Shown here one piece after another: positions 1-9,794 of a DNA stretch of 64,000 nucleotides. The stretch lies in contig CAWGGJ010000003.1 of assembly GCA_963822175.1 (NCBI GenBank), forward strand, positions 666,287-730,286, in the 5' to 3' direction. The position numbers and the translations under genes were made by a program. The first letter of the stretch is position 1. Every line of letters begins with the position of its first letter. The notes below the pieces were generated by a model that was given only the letters and a program-made list of their open reading frames with translations, made no database searches and was not told the origin of the DNA. The stretch is from an uncultured Chloroflexia bacterium. Its GTDB lineage: Bacteria; Chloroflexota; Anaerolineae; Anaerolineales; UBA4823.

Positions 1-8
1 CAGACCAA

Positions 9-446
9 ATGGAAACCATAATCGTTTTTCTATGGGGCACAAATGAGGAGGAGGTAATATGCTTCCTTCAAGAAACCTACACTTTTCAAAAAGGGCCACC
101 GTGGATTGACGAAATAGACGGAGATGCCTGTCTTTACATCGACTTCTATCAAGACTTATGTTCGGAATTTGATCCAAAAGAAATAGAGGAGATCGCATCA
201 TACTCTAGCCATCAGCCTTCGGTGGTCGTTAGCGCAGATGTCTCAGGTCGTCATATAGACAAACATCCTGAGCGCAATTTCGTCAGGACACTAATGACAC
301 GATTTAGGGCCGTAGCGCGGGATGATTACACAAATCATTTGTGGACGCTGGAAGAAATAAACTCGGGGTATCTCGTGGAAGGGCATACATTCTTTGATTA
401 CCAGGGGTGGTATGGTGATTTTAAGACTGGTTTGAGGGAACAGTAA
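9..446 (+). CDS. hypothetical small acidic protein
   Basis: ATG-initiated 145-aa ORF with no motif I recognise. It lies next to mobile-element debris. Confidence 0.35.
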   Translation: METIIVFLWGTNEEEVICFLQETYTFQKGPPWIDEIDGDACLYIDFYQDLCSEFDPKEIEEIASYSSHQPSVVVSADVSGRHIDKHPERNFVRTLMTRFRAVARDDYTNHLWTLEEINSGYLVEGHTFFDYQGWYGDFKTGLREQ

Positions 447-578
447 CACATCAACGGGTTAAAACTGGATCACGACCCATTCCAATCGTTCGTAAAAGTA
501 GACCCAAAATGGTATTGCAAAAAGTCATGAGGTCTTCTATGCTGAAGCTGCCAAGCGATCAGCGAAAGGAGAAACCTC

Positions 579-1016
579 ATGACTACCGAAGATTTTATCA
601 ACGAACTATTCTGCCGAATTGATGACGCGATGAAAGATATTACCAAACACGTCCAAGCGAACCTATATCCCAGCGAAATCGTGACGTTAGGTGTGTTGTT
701 TGCCCTGAAAGGTGTTGGCAATCGGGCCTTCTATCGCTGGCTAATCCGTGATTACAAGGCTCTGTTCCCAAAACTGCCAGAGCGTACCCGTTTGTTTCGC
801 CTGTTCGTGACCCACCAGGACTGGACAAACCGCTTCCTGGCTGAACCCAGCTTGTTGAGCGTAATCGACAGTTATGGGATCGAACTGATCCATCCCGTTC
901 GAGAAGGATGCTCGGAGCAACAGATTGGCCGGAAGGGGCTTTCCAACCGCCGCTGGATTGTGGGTGGCAAGCTGTGTTTCCTGCTCCTTTCGCTATATCA
1001 AAAACGACTTGTTTGA
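579..1016 (+). pseudogene. DDE transposase fragment, IS982/IS5-like, N-terminal part only
   Basis: LFCRIDD, YPSEIVTLGVLFALKG and VIDSYGIELIHPVREG resemble the N-terminal half of this transposase type. The ORF stops after 145 aa, where full-length enzymes continue. No terminal inverted repeats seen. Confidence 0.55.
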
Positions 1017-1071
1017 TAGACTAAAGCGCCTGACGCCAATCTTATCCAGCGGCGCGTAATGGCAAGGACTT

Positions 1072-1539
1072 TCATAGCTTTATAACTTGGGTAGCGGTAC
1101 GTCCAAATATTTGTTCACCGGTGCTTTCAAGACTTGCCTCTCCAGACCGGGCTTCTTGAACCTGCCTCAACCTTCTGACGAACTCATCTATGCTGCTTGG
1201 CAGAACCGGGATTGTGAATCTCACCGAAGCCTCCGAATAGCTTACGTCATCATCCTCTAGCTCGACGTCCACCGCAGCGTGACCTGCTCGATCTCGACAG
1301 AAGAACCTCAGCGCGCAGTATCCCCCTGCAAAGCCTTTCTCTTTCGTGCCGAATACGTAGCTGCGCTGATCTGTCAGGCTGGTTGGAAAGCCTGCAATCA
1401 CCTCAGCAAACTCCTTGAACTGTTCATCTCCCGAAAAGACACTAGTAGCACCAGAAAACCTGTCACTCGAAGCAAAAATCTCGATATATAGATAATCAGG
1501 ATCGGTGTCTACCACGACGATTTTCAAACAGTTGGTCAT
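1072..1539 (-). CDS. hypothetical protein
   Basis: 155-aa ATG ORF with no recognisable motifs. The overlapping plus-strand ORF looks like a shadow. Confidence 0.45.
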   Translation of the reverse strand: MTNCLKIVVVDTDPDYLYIEIFASSDRFSGATSVFSGDEQFKEFAEVIAGFPTSLTDQRSYVFGTKEKGFAGGYCALRFFCRDRAGHAAVDVELEDDDVSYSEASVRFTIPVLPSSIDEFVRRLRQVQEARSGEASLESTGEQIFGRTATQVIKL

Positions 1540-1798
1540 TGCGTCTCCAGGCTAACTATGCATAATATGGAATCATTCTTTAATTAATCCCCTTGCGGGG
1601 ATTATTCAGTTTTATTCTGAATAATATCTATATACAAAATTATATACCTTTTCCATTATGAGATATAAAAGTCCACAACTTAACCCCCTGTTAGGGGATA
1701 TTTGTGTAACCTTCGGAATGTCATTTCCCAGAGTAATTAATTATCACCAGGTGGCATATATAACCCCTGTCGACATAAAGGCCATAAATGACAAAATG

Positions 1799-2201
1799 TC
1801 AGTTATCAACTACCGGCATCAGATCCACTGGGATTGGAGTGAGAATATCATCCATCAGGTGAGCTGCCTCATCCTGCGTCCCCGGAATATAGTGAGCATA
1901 GGTGGTCATTAGGATCGCCAGGGAGTGACCCAGCATCCCAGCCACTATAATCGGTGGAATCCGCAGACTACGCATGATTGATGCAGCTGTATATAGTAGA
2001 GTAGGTTGGTTGAGGACGATGGTTTTCGGCTGAAACCCAACAACCACCGACGATGGGTTTCGTAGGCTCAACTGTTCTTTCTAATCGACCAGCTGCTGAG
2101 CACTTTTTGAGCACCATTTTATCTCTTCGCGCGCAGCAAAAAAATAAACTAATCGCACCATCAACATCCAGGCTGCTGATCTTTGTTTCTCGTGAAGTCA
2201 C
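1799..2201 (-). pseudogene. tyrosine recombinase / phage integrase remnant (frameshifted, N-terminus missing)
   Basis: The C-terminal catalytic-region pattern (GMLGHSLAILMTTYAHY) is in ORF 1799..2071. The preceding integrase-like segment (SLDVDGAISL..KMVLKKCSAAGR) is in a different frame, in ORF 1968..2201. Confidence 0.6.
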
Positions 2202-2365
2202 AAGTTGGCTCCATCTCGAATTAATTTACCGGGAGAATTTCCTCCTTATCACCTTGCCAGATATTCTATACAACTCAATGCACATCCTTGCAACCCGCAG
2301 CTTAATTTAACATCTCTCTAGCTCTAGTGAATATTTTAAATAATACCCTATATAATTACCTATAT

Positions 2366-2447
2366 AGGGGATGATTTATCCTCATGAATTATGTATAGTA
2401 AATAGGATAATCGATACATGAAGAAAAGGATAAAATCCAAAAGATTT
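2366..2447 (+). repeat. U repeat copy 1 (leader upstream of the ABC operon)
   Basis: About 73 percent ungapped identity by hand alignment to 4420..4500. It starts with GGGGATGATT, which is the 3' arm of an inverted repeat (2345..2368). Confidence 0.6.
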
Positions 2448-2555
2448 GCGATAACTTTCATGCATTGCCGGGCACCATGCAGTGATCAATGACCATAGTC
2501 TGTCACTCTTATCGGTAGAAAGAATAAATTTAGGTTGAATTGGAGGGAAAAAATT

Positions 2556-3488
2556 ATGGATAATATGGCAATTCGTACACAATCATTGACCCGTGATTTC
2601 GATAACCTGCGGGCTTTGGATGGGTTATCACTTGAAGTCCCAGCTGGGATTATCTTTGGTTTCCTGGGACCCAACGGAGCGGGTAAAACTACCACCATCC
2701 GACTGCTATTAGGCCTGCTCGAACCTACTTCAGGTCAAGCTGAGGTGCTTGGCTATGACACACTCACCCAATCCGACCAGATCCGTTCCCAGGTGGGTGC
2801 ACTGCTCGAAAATAATGGCATATACGAACAGATGAGCGCTGAGGACAATCTCGAGTTTTATGGCAGGGCTAATTTGATACCTGGAGCCGACCGGTCGCAG
2901 CGTATTCACCAGCTGTTGGATGATATGGGCTTATGGGAACGACGCAAAGACCTCGCCGGGAGTTGGAGCCGGGGTATGAAGCAAAGGCTGGCACTTGCCC
3001 GGTCTATCCTGCACCATCCACGCCTGGTCCTGTTGGATGAGCCTACCGCCGGATTGGATGTACAAGCAGCAGTGATTGTACGTGAGAGCCTGTCAGCTCT
3101 AGCGGAACGGGAAGGAATGACTATCTTCCTGACTACCCACAACATGGCCGAAGCAGAAAAGATATGCACAAAAATTGCAGTAATCCGAAAGGGACGGCTA
3201 ATTGCCTATGGCGCACCTGATGAGCTTCGGGCGAAAACGGGCAAGCCTCAGGTTGTCATCAGCGGGCAAGGGTTTTCTGAGCCCGTACTGAATATGATGA
3301 GGAAACGGCCTGAAGTGGAATCGGTTGAAATGCATAACAACCAGCTGGTTATCCAAATGCACAATACCCCGGATATCCCCATCCTGATTGGTTTGCTGGC
3401 AGCTGAAGGAGCCCAGGTGACTGAAGTGCACCAGGGAAAAGCCAGTCTGGAGGAAACCTACCTGCAATTGATGGAGGAAGAACGATGA
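2556..3488 (+). CDS. ABC transporter ATP-binding protein (ABC-2 exporter type)
   Basis: Walker A GPNGAGKTT, signature-like SRGMKQRLALA, Walker B LVLLDEP. ATG at 2556 follows GGAGGG (2542-2547). The track's TTG start at 2535 is less likely. Confidence 0.9.
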   Translation: MDNMAIRTQSLTRDFDNLRALDGLSLEVPAGIIFGFLGPNGAGKTTTIRLLLGLLEPTSGQAEVLGYDTLTQSDQIRSQVGALLENNGIYEQMSAEDNLEFYGRANLIPGADRSQRIHQLLDDMGLWERRKDLAGSWSRGMKQRLALARSILHHPRLVLLDEPTAGLDVQAAVIVRESLSALAEREGMTIFLTTHNMAEAEKICTKIAVIRKGRLIAYGAPDELRAKTGKPQVVISGQGFSEPVLNMMRKRPEVESVEMHNNQLVIQMHNTPDIPILIGLLAAEGAQVTEVHQGKASLEETYLQLMEEER

Positions 3489-4213
3489 ACACTGATATCA
3501 TGACAATCATATGGAAGGAAAGTAAGGGATTATTCAAGCAGGGCAAGGGTCGTTCCAAATCCATCCTGGTCCTTGCGACACCGGTTTTCATGTTTGGGAT
3601 CATCCTTCCGATCCAGTTTCGTGAAGAATGGCTGAGCATGGCCTGGTCACTGGTAATAGCATTGTTCACTCCATTGATTCTGATTGCGCCAACAATTTGT
3701 GAATCTTTTGCCGGCGAACGCGAGCGACACACATTGGAGACTTTGCTTGCCAGTCGCTTGCCAGATCGCAGCATTCTTTTTGGGAAAATGATCATCTCCA
3801 TTCTTTACGGCTTTGGAATGACGATCTTACTTCTTTTGATGAGCTTAGTGATTGTGAACATCTTGATGTGGAATGGAAAGTTTCAATTCTACACACTGAG
3901 TATTCTATTGGCTGATCTTGGGTTGGGTGCTTTATTCTCAGGTTTGATGGCAACGATGGGTATCCTGGTTTCACTTCGTTCGGCAACCGTGCAAAGCGCT
4001 CAGCAGATGCTGATGATGATCATCGTCATTCCAATATTTGGACTCCAGGCAATTGTCTTCTTGCTTCCCATGGAAAAAACCAGGGAATTCCTGGGGAGAT
4101 TCAATCTAAACCAGTTTCTGCTGATTTTCCTGGGGGTCTTGCTGCTGGCTGATGTGGGCTTACTCCTGGCGGCCATGTCCAGGTTCAAACGATCCCGGCT
4201 TATTCTGAATTAA
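3485..4213 (+). CDS. ABC-2 family transporter permease
   Basis: ATGA overlap with the ATPase stop. 242-aa polytopic hydrophobic protein. Confidence 0.8.
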   Translation: MNTDIMTIIWKESKGLFKQGKGRSKSILVLATPVFMFGIILPIQFREEWLSMAWSLVIALFTPLILIAPTICESFAGERERHTLETLLASRLPDRSILFGKMIISILYGFGMTILLLLMSLVIVNILMWNGKFQFYTLSILLADLGLGALFSGLMATMGILVSLRSATVQSAQQMLMMIIVIPIFGLQAIVFLLPMEKTREFLGRFNLNQFLLIFLGVLLLADVGLLLAAMSRFKRSRLILN

Positions 4214-4367
4214 TGGCAGTGGATGTAGAATGACACACTACTAAAGGATGGATGATTTTTTGTGCTCTATGTATCCTGGCAACGGTCAATAGAGAGATCC
4301 CATGGGGAGCATGATCGAATCAGTCATGTTTCTTCGAATCAGGCTGTTCAGGTTTCCTGGAAAATCG

Positions 4368-4391
4368 ATTCCCCCATATGGGAATTTTTTA
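4368..4391 (+). terminator. intrinsic terminator candidate after the ABC operon
   Basis: ATTCCC..GGGAAT stem followed by a T run. Confidence 0.5.
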
Positions 4392-4419
4392 TATCATCCC
4401 CTTTTTAATTCCCTGAAAA

Positions 4420-4500
4420 GGGGATGATTATTACTCTCAAATTATGTATCGTATATCGGTCAACCGGTACACGGAGAAAAGAATGAAATCAAGTCGATTC
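4420..4500 (+). repeat. U repeat copy 2
   Basis: Homologous to 2366..2447. Preceded by a 13-bp perfect inverted repeat (4393..4405 / 4416..4428). Confidence 0.6.
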
Positions 4501-4554
4501 ACCATCGTGGAATCTCGGCTTGTCGAAATTTAAACCTGTGAGGAGGAAAAGAAT

Positions 4555-4719
4555 ATGGATAAGAAAACTGGTGGAATCATAGCAACAATTGTGGCGGTGC
4601 TCTTATGTGGCTGCCCTGGACTATGCCTGGTCAAGTCTAGCATGGCCAATGACATTTTAACAGTAAACATAATTATTCAAAATATTCCAATGAGATTTCC
4701 TCATTACATAATCTCATAA
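4555..4719 (+). CDS. small ORF (54 aa), possibly a truncated small membrane protein
   Basis: GAGGAGG RBS, then ATG. It starts MDKKTGGIIATIVAVLLCGCPGLCL and then runs into AT-rich non-hydrophobic sequence. Too short for the ORF track. Confidence 0.35.
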   Translation: MDKKTGGIIATIVAVLLCGCPGLCLVKSSMANDILTVNIIIQNIPMRFPHYIIS

Positions 4720-4781
4720 TACTATATTGGAGGAGCAGTTATGATCTTGATTAGGTACTTATAATTGCTAAGTTATCAGTG

Positions 4782-7283
4782 TTATGGTTTATTCCCAAAG
4801 ATTTGCACCGTTTGGTCGTATCTCGTATTTACGATTATCAAAGAATTATCAGAATTAAAATGAACAAATGGGTTCATTCCAGAATAATTAATCTCAATCT
4901 GCGTAAGCATTTCCCTTGTGTGTGGATCCCATATTTGTAGATAATAATCTCTAAATTGCTGCGCTTCTTTATCCATTATCGGACTACTATCACTGTATAC
5001 ATACACCAATAATTGGCTGTCATCCGAGAACCCCAGGGTATGGCCAACAGTCGAAAACTCTTTTGGATCCGAGATCGGAATACAGCTGGAATTAAATTCA
5101 TCTGGATTAAAACTTTCCACGTTCGTTTCGCGTTGACACGCTTTCCAATAATGTCCGATAATGCCATTATCAAAACCTTTTAAGTCAAAGGAAATAATCT
5201 GCTCCCCATTCGGTGAGAGTTCAAAAAAATGGCCATAATAAGCATTGGATGCTGTAGCAAGCCCACATCCTGGTTGGGTCAAATTGTCAGCGCACACATC
5301 GATTTTCCAGCGAAAAACCGCTTTTGCAGACCCTTGATTCAATTCAAGGTTAGCCCATAAGTATTTTCCATCAGGTGTAAATAGGATCTTTTTTACTTGA
5401 TAGATATGACCACCACTAAAGTGGGAATAATCCAGTTTAATTTCTTGGTTATTTCGGAGATCCCATAGAGCGATTTCTCCTCTCCAAGCAAGATAATTCC
5501 TGAATACTGTGCTATCCATTCCTCCTATCGCTAGAAAATTTCCATCCGGTGAAAATTGGACAAAGTTCTTACTGTATTGACCTACTTTGATAGTATCACT
5601 CAAAGTTCCATCATTCACATTCCAGATTAAAACCCGTCCGTCAATTGTACCAATAGCAATTCTGTTTCCATCAGGCGTGAAGTTGATCTGGCTATCTATC
5701 CATCCAAGATCATTCTCATTTCCAATTCTTCCGAGTTGGGATAAGTTATCAAGGTTCCAAAGGTATATATATCCGTTAATATTACCTGCAAATACGTTGC
5801 TGGTTGGTGATAAATCATAATAACTGGCCATTGAGGTTGGAATTTCATTTGTAACTTGGTCATCATTGATATTAAAAACTTGCAAAGTGTGATATGGGGT
5901 TATTGAGTATGCTACACCTGTATCATACGCTGTTGTTGTTTGAAATGCGATGCTATCACTTCCAGGGGAAAAGGCGATCTGTTTTTCATGTTTGTATCGT
6001 GCTTGAAGAGAATTATCAGATTCAATATAGAATTTATGAATTAATTCGCCATCCTGAACACGCCAAAGGTAGCTTGGTAGTACATCCTGGCTATCTAGTA
6101 CTACAAATGGTAATACTAAAATATACTGGTTGTTAGGGGAAATATAGATATCAGCTAGACGGTCTACCTCATAATCAGCAGAAAATACATCAGAAATTGA
6201 CCAATCGGAAGTATGAACTACAGTTATAAGCTTTTTATCGGATAAAAACGAAAACAGACTCCCATCTGTTGAAAATTTCAATACATCAAATGATGTGGGT
6301 GACAAATAGAACCGCTTAACTTCCTTCATATCAGACACCTGATAGATGATAACTAATTCCAAGGTATTTACTGCCAGGTATTTACTATTGGGTGAAAAGA
6401 GGACGTTCCTCACCTGTGATCCAATATTAACGCTATATATTTCACTCCAATCTCTGCTACTGACTAATCGCAAGGTATTATTTTCAGCTTCTATAAAATA
6501 TTGGCTGTCTGGAGAAAAAGTGCAAGGTAGTTCGTATCCACCAGTAGAAGTACCTCTATCTTTTACTGTCACGTACTCATGAACTTTCAAACCTGAGTCA
6601 ACCCGATAAACACTTATTACTACATCCCCATAATGGAAAAAACCCTGCTTATATGCTCCAGGCCAACCCCAATGTCTTTCGGTGATGCAAAGAAAAGCAT
6701 TATCTGATGAAAAATCTCCGAGGATGTTATAGTTATTAGGGTCCAAATGGATGGTCTGGATTTGACTGTTTGATTCAATATCCCATATACGCACACTAGA
6801 AACACCTGGATCAACTCTGGCCATTACCTGATAATCGGGTGAGACAATAAAGTTATCTGATATTTGCCCCACTTCCTTGCATTCCAAGATATCTAGTGTG
6901 TTTGGGTTCAATGAACAGATGCGCTCTGAACTAAATAAATATAATGTTCTTCCATCCGGAGCATAATGAATGTCCATCACATTACCAAACCCAATCATTC
7001 CCAAACGTACCAGCTGGTTTATATTACTTTTAGTTATTGGCTCATGTGCTAGTTTTATAGGGGTCGGAGTTAACGTCGGAGATGGGATTGGAGTTGTCGT
7101 TGGGATTGATGTTATTGTCTGTGAAGGAATTGAAGTAGTAGTAGGTATTGGACTTACCGTTGGTTTAACTGTAGTTGTTGTAGAAAGCCAACTTTCAGCA
7201 GGTTGTACAGAATGATTTCCGTTGGTTGGGATACATCCAACCAATAGGAAAATAAGAAGCAGGAATATTTTTAGCTTTATCAT
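4782..7283 (-). CDS. secreted lipoprotein with beta-propeller-like (WD40/PD40-style) repeats
   Basis: Signal peptide with lipobox LLVGC, a Thr/Pro-rich linker, and repeated FSPDG / SPD motifs. AT-rich codon usage. Confidence 0.75.
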   Translation of the reverse strand: MIKLKIFLLLIFLLVGCIPTNGNHSVQPAESWLSTTTTVKPTVSPIPTTTSIPSQTITSIPTTTPIPSPTLTPTPIKLAHEPITKSNINQLVRLGMIGFGNVMDIHYAPDGRTLYLFSSERICSLNPNTLDILECKEVGQISDNFIVSPDYQVMARVDPGVSSVRIWDIESNSQIQTIHLDPNNYNILGDFSSDNAFLCITERHWGWPGAYKQGFFHYGDVVISVYRVDSGLKVHEYVTVKDRGTSTGGYELPCTFSPDSQYFIEAENNTLRLVSSRDWSEIYSVNIGSQVRNVLFSPNSKYLAVNTLELVIIYQVSDMKEVKRFYLSPTSFDVLKFSTDGSLFSFLSDKKLITVVHTSDWSISDVFSADYEVDRLADIYISPNNQYILVLPFVVLDSQDVLPSYLWRVQDGELIHKFYIESDNSLQARYKHEKQIAFSPGSDSIAFQTTTAYDTGVAYSITPYHTLQVFNINDDQVTNEIPTSMASYYDLSPTSNVFAGNINGYIYLWNLDNLSQLGRIGNENDLGWIDSQINFTPDGNRIAIGTIDGRVLIWNVNDGTLSDTIKVGQYSKNFVQFSPDGNFLAIGGMDSTVFRNYLAWRGEIALWDLRNNQEIKLDYSHFSGGHIYQVKKILFTPDGKYLWANLELNQGSAKAVFRWKIDVCADNLTQPGCGLATASNAYYGHFFELSPNGEQIISFDLKGFDNGIIGHYWKACQRETNVESFNPDEFNSSCIPISDPKEFSTVGHTLGFSDDSQLLVYVYSDSSPIMDKEAQQFRDYYLQIWDPHTREMLTQIEINYSGMNPFVHFNSDNSLIIVNTRYDQTVQIFGNKP

Positions 7284-7463
7284 GTAGAAATAGCTTTTAC
7301 CTTAAATCAAGATATCTGTAAGCTATACTTCTTGTCTGATGGCTGGATAGTTTGAAATTATATATATTGTTTCGATCGCAATTGTTATATTTTTACGCTA
7401 TATGAGCAATAACAGGATGACTTGATTTTATAGCTTTTGCACACGTAATTAAAAATAAATAAA

Positions 7464-8420
7464 TTATCTCCATGAAGGATAGAAATCATTAGATGGATTA
7501 TTAGTGATTTGAGTTGTTCCAGACCCGTCAATGTTCGTGATAAAAATATCCAAATTATTGTTCTGATATGAATTAAAAGCAATTTTAGAACTATCGGGAG
7601 ACCAGGACGGTGCATAATTTACATATTGATTGGTGATCTGTTTCATGTTTATGAATGCATCTCTTGATGGATTTAAGTAACCAATAAAAATGTCGGAATT
7701 TGGATATCTCTGAACTGCAAAAGCAATTTTATCTCCGTCATGTGACCAAGCCGGATCCTGAGCGTATAAATCCGCAACAAGTAATTTGACATTCGTACCA
7801 TCAGTATTCATTACGTATAGACCAGGAAATATTCCTTGATCAATATCAATACGCGCTGAATAAAATACGATTTGTACATTATCAGGAGACCAAGATGGTT
7901 GATCATCAGCCACCGTATTATTTGTTAATCTTGTGATACCACTACCGTCCGAGTTCATAATATATATTTCGGTATTTCCGTCCCGATCTGAGGAAAAGGC
8001 AATCTTTTGCCCGTTAGAAGACCATTTTGGATACCTTTCATTAGCTGTTGTGTTAGTCACGCGCAATAAATCTGAGCCATCAATATTCATGATATAGATT
8101 TGATAACTTCCATCACGCCGCGATGAAAAAGTTACCTTTTTAAGGTCTGGAGAAATATCAGGCCAAAAGTCATCGGAAGGATCATTCGTTAGTCGTACTG
8201 CGTTAGTACCATCATCTACCATAACGAAGATTTCATAATTCCCTTCTCGATTTGTAGCAAATGCTATCTTTCGTTCAGGATACTTGTTTAATACTAGAGG
8301 GAGGTACATATTAAGATTATTTTCGTTATTTGATTGGAAACCACTCTCTGCAAAACCATTTACGTTAAAAATAAATATACTTGAAATTATCAGAATAAAA
8401 CGTAAAGATGTGAGTTTCAT
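7464..8420 (-). CDS. PD40 / TolB-like beta-propeller repeat protein, secreted
   Basis: Signal peptide and six or more repeats of the pattern P.WSPDG..I.F.S.R.G...IY.MN.DGS. Carries YLPLVLNK just after the signal peptide (8283..8306). Confidence 0.85.
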   Translation of the reverse strand: MKLTSLRFILIISSIFIFNVNGFAESGFQSNNENNLNMYLPLVLNKYPERKIAFATNREGNYEIFVMVDDGTNAVRLTNDPSDDFWPDISPDLKKVTFSSRRDGSYQIYIMNIDGSDLLRVTNTTANERYPKWSSNGQKIAFSSDRDGNTEIYIMNSDGSGITRLTNNTVADDQPSWSPDNVQIVFYSARIDIDQGIFPGLYVMNTDGTNVKLLVADLYAQDPAWSHDGDKIAFAVQRYPNSDIFIGYLNPSRDAFINMKQITNQYVNYAPSWSPDSSKIAFNSYQNNNLDIFITNIDGSGTTQITNNPSNDFYPSWR

Positions 8421-8764
8421 AACCCCTCCAAGAATTGATTTTTTTCATTAGTTGAATATCCGAAAATAAACGTCGAATAAATTTCACCATCATCATCAAA
8501 TCATAAGATTAATAATTATGACAAATCTACCTTAACTTTAGCATAATATACTACATATTGAATCTCTTTTTCTGAACCATTTGAGAAAATCTGTTATTAG
8601 AAATATTTTTCAGAAAAAGTTGGGTAGTGATACAGAACTACGATATAGAAATTTAAAAAGGCTCATTAGAATTAATCAAACGATTTATCAATCAAATATG
8701 TATGATTGATACTCTTCTGTCTATATATATGGTTAAGGAGGTTTTATCTATTTAAATATGGAGT

Positions 8765-9023
8765 TTTTATCCGTGTTCATCTGCATCCATCTGTGGTAAC
8801 TGTTATTCTTTGGCGGCGTGCCCCCTCCAAGAGCAGTGGGGGGCAAGATGCAATCCCGCCCTTCAGCATCCGCTAACATGTTAATTAAATACAGATGGCG
8901 CAGCGATGCTACGCCACTACGAGGAAACCTACCCGGGGAGCAAAGCTGGTGATGCCCCATAACCACCGTATTGCCGCGTTCCAGGCCAACCATGCGCAGC
9001 AGCCCCGTGATGGGGTTGAGTTA
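8765..9023 (-). ncRNA. R repeat copy 1: candidate structured RNA, unclassified
   Basis: About 250-nt homology to 12474..12722. Several hairpins are present. Differences between copies are G-U compatible on the minus strand but A-C mismatches on the plus strand. Confidence 0.45.
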
Positions 9024-9116
9024 GATGCCATTATCGATGGTAATAATAAGCAAAAGTGAGCAATTTCCTTGATGAAACAGTATCTTTGTTCTACAATCTC
9101 GTAAAGGAGAAATAAC

Positions 9117-9710
9117 ATGAGAAAAGTTATTGTGCTTGAACATATCTCCCTCGATGGTGTCATACAAGCCCCAGGCGGGCCAGACGAAGATACCAGCGGT
9201 GGCTTTGCCTATGGCGGGTGGATCGCATCCTATTCCGACCCGGTCCTTGAAACTGCCCTGATCAGGCAGATGAACCTGCCATTCGACTTGTTGTTAGGGC
9301 GCAAAACCTTTGAAATATGGGCGCCGTACTGGCCGCACCATGCGGACGCCTGGCCTGGCGTCATCACGGCGACCAAGTACGTGGCCTCGAATACCATGAC
9401 GTCTGCAGAATGGCAGCCATCCGTATTTTTAAACGGGGATGTTGCAGAAAAAGTGACAAAAATCAAGCAACAGCCAGGGCCGGATTTGCACGTTTGGGGA
9501 AGTGGTAATCTCATCCAGACGCTCATCAAGCATGATTTGGTCGATGCATTCTGGCTAATGATATATCCGCTGACGTTAGGCGCTGGAAAGCGGTTGTTCG
9601 CTGATGGCACGATGCCGATGGCGTTCAGGGTAACAGAAAGCATTGCCACGCCGATTGGCGTCATGGTGGTGAATTACGAGCGCGCAGCTGCAATCACAAC
9701 CAGAAGTTGA
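9117..9710 (+). CDS. dihydrofolate reductase family protein (RibD C-terminal domain type)
   Basis: [46 protein letters not shown] pattern. AAGGAG RBS. Confidence 0.85.
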   Translation: MRKVIVLEHISLDGVIQAPGGPDEDTSGGFAYGGWIASYSDPVLETALIRQMNLPFDLLLGRKTFEIWAPYWPHHADAWPGVITATKYVASNTMTSAEWQPSVFLNGDVAEKVTKIKQQPGPDLHVWGSGNLIQTLIKHDLVDAFWLMIYPLTLGAGKRLFADGTMPMAFRVTESIATPIGVMVVNYERAAAITTRS

Positions 9711-9794
9711 TAAATATCCCCAGTAGAATGTTGCAAAATAAAAAGCCAGCCAACAATGCTGGCGGCGGAGGGAGCGGACCGAAAGGAGACCACG

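Noticed and set aside
8765-9023. R repeat as a cobalamin riboswitch (B12-box-like CCCACUG followed by GGAGGGGGC on the minus strand).
   Set aside because: The other conserved cobalamin elements (AGGGAA, the GGUG..AA.UCC hairpin, the 3' AGYCAGGAGACCUGCC) are absent or out of order. Neither copy is followed by cobalamin-related genes. Only a covariance-model scan can settle it.
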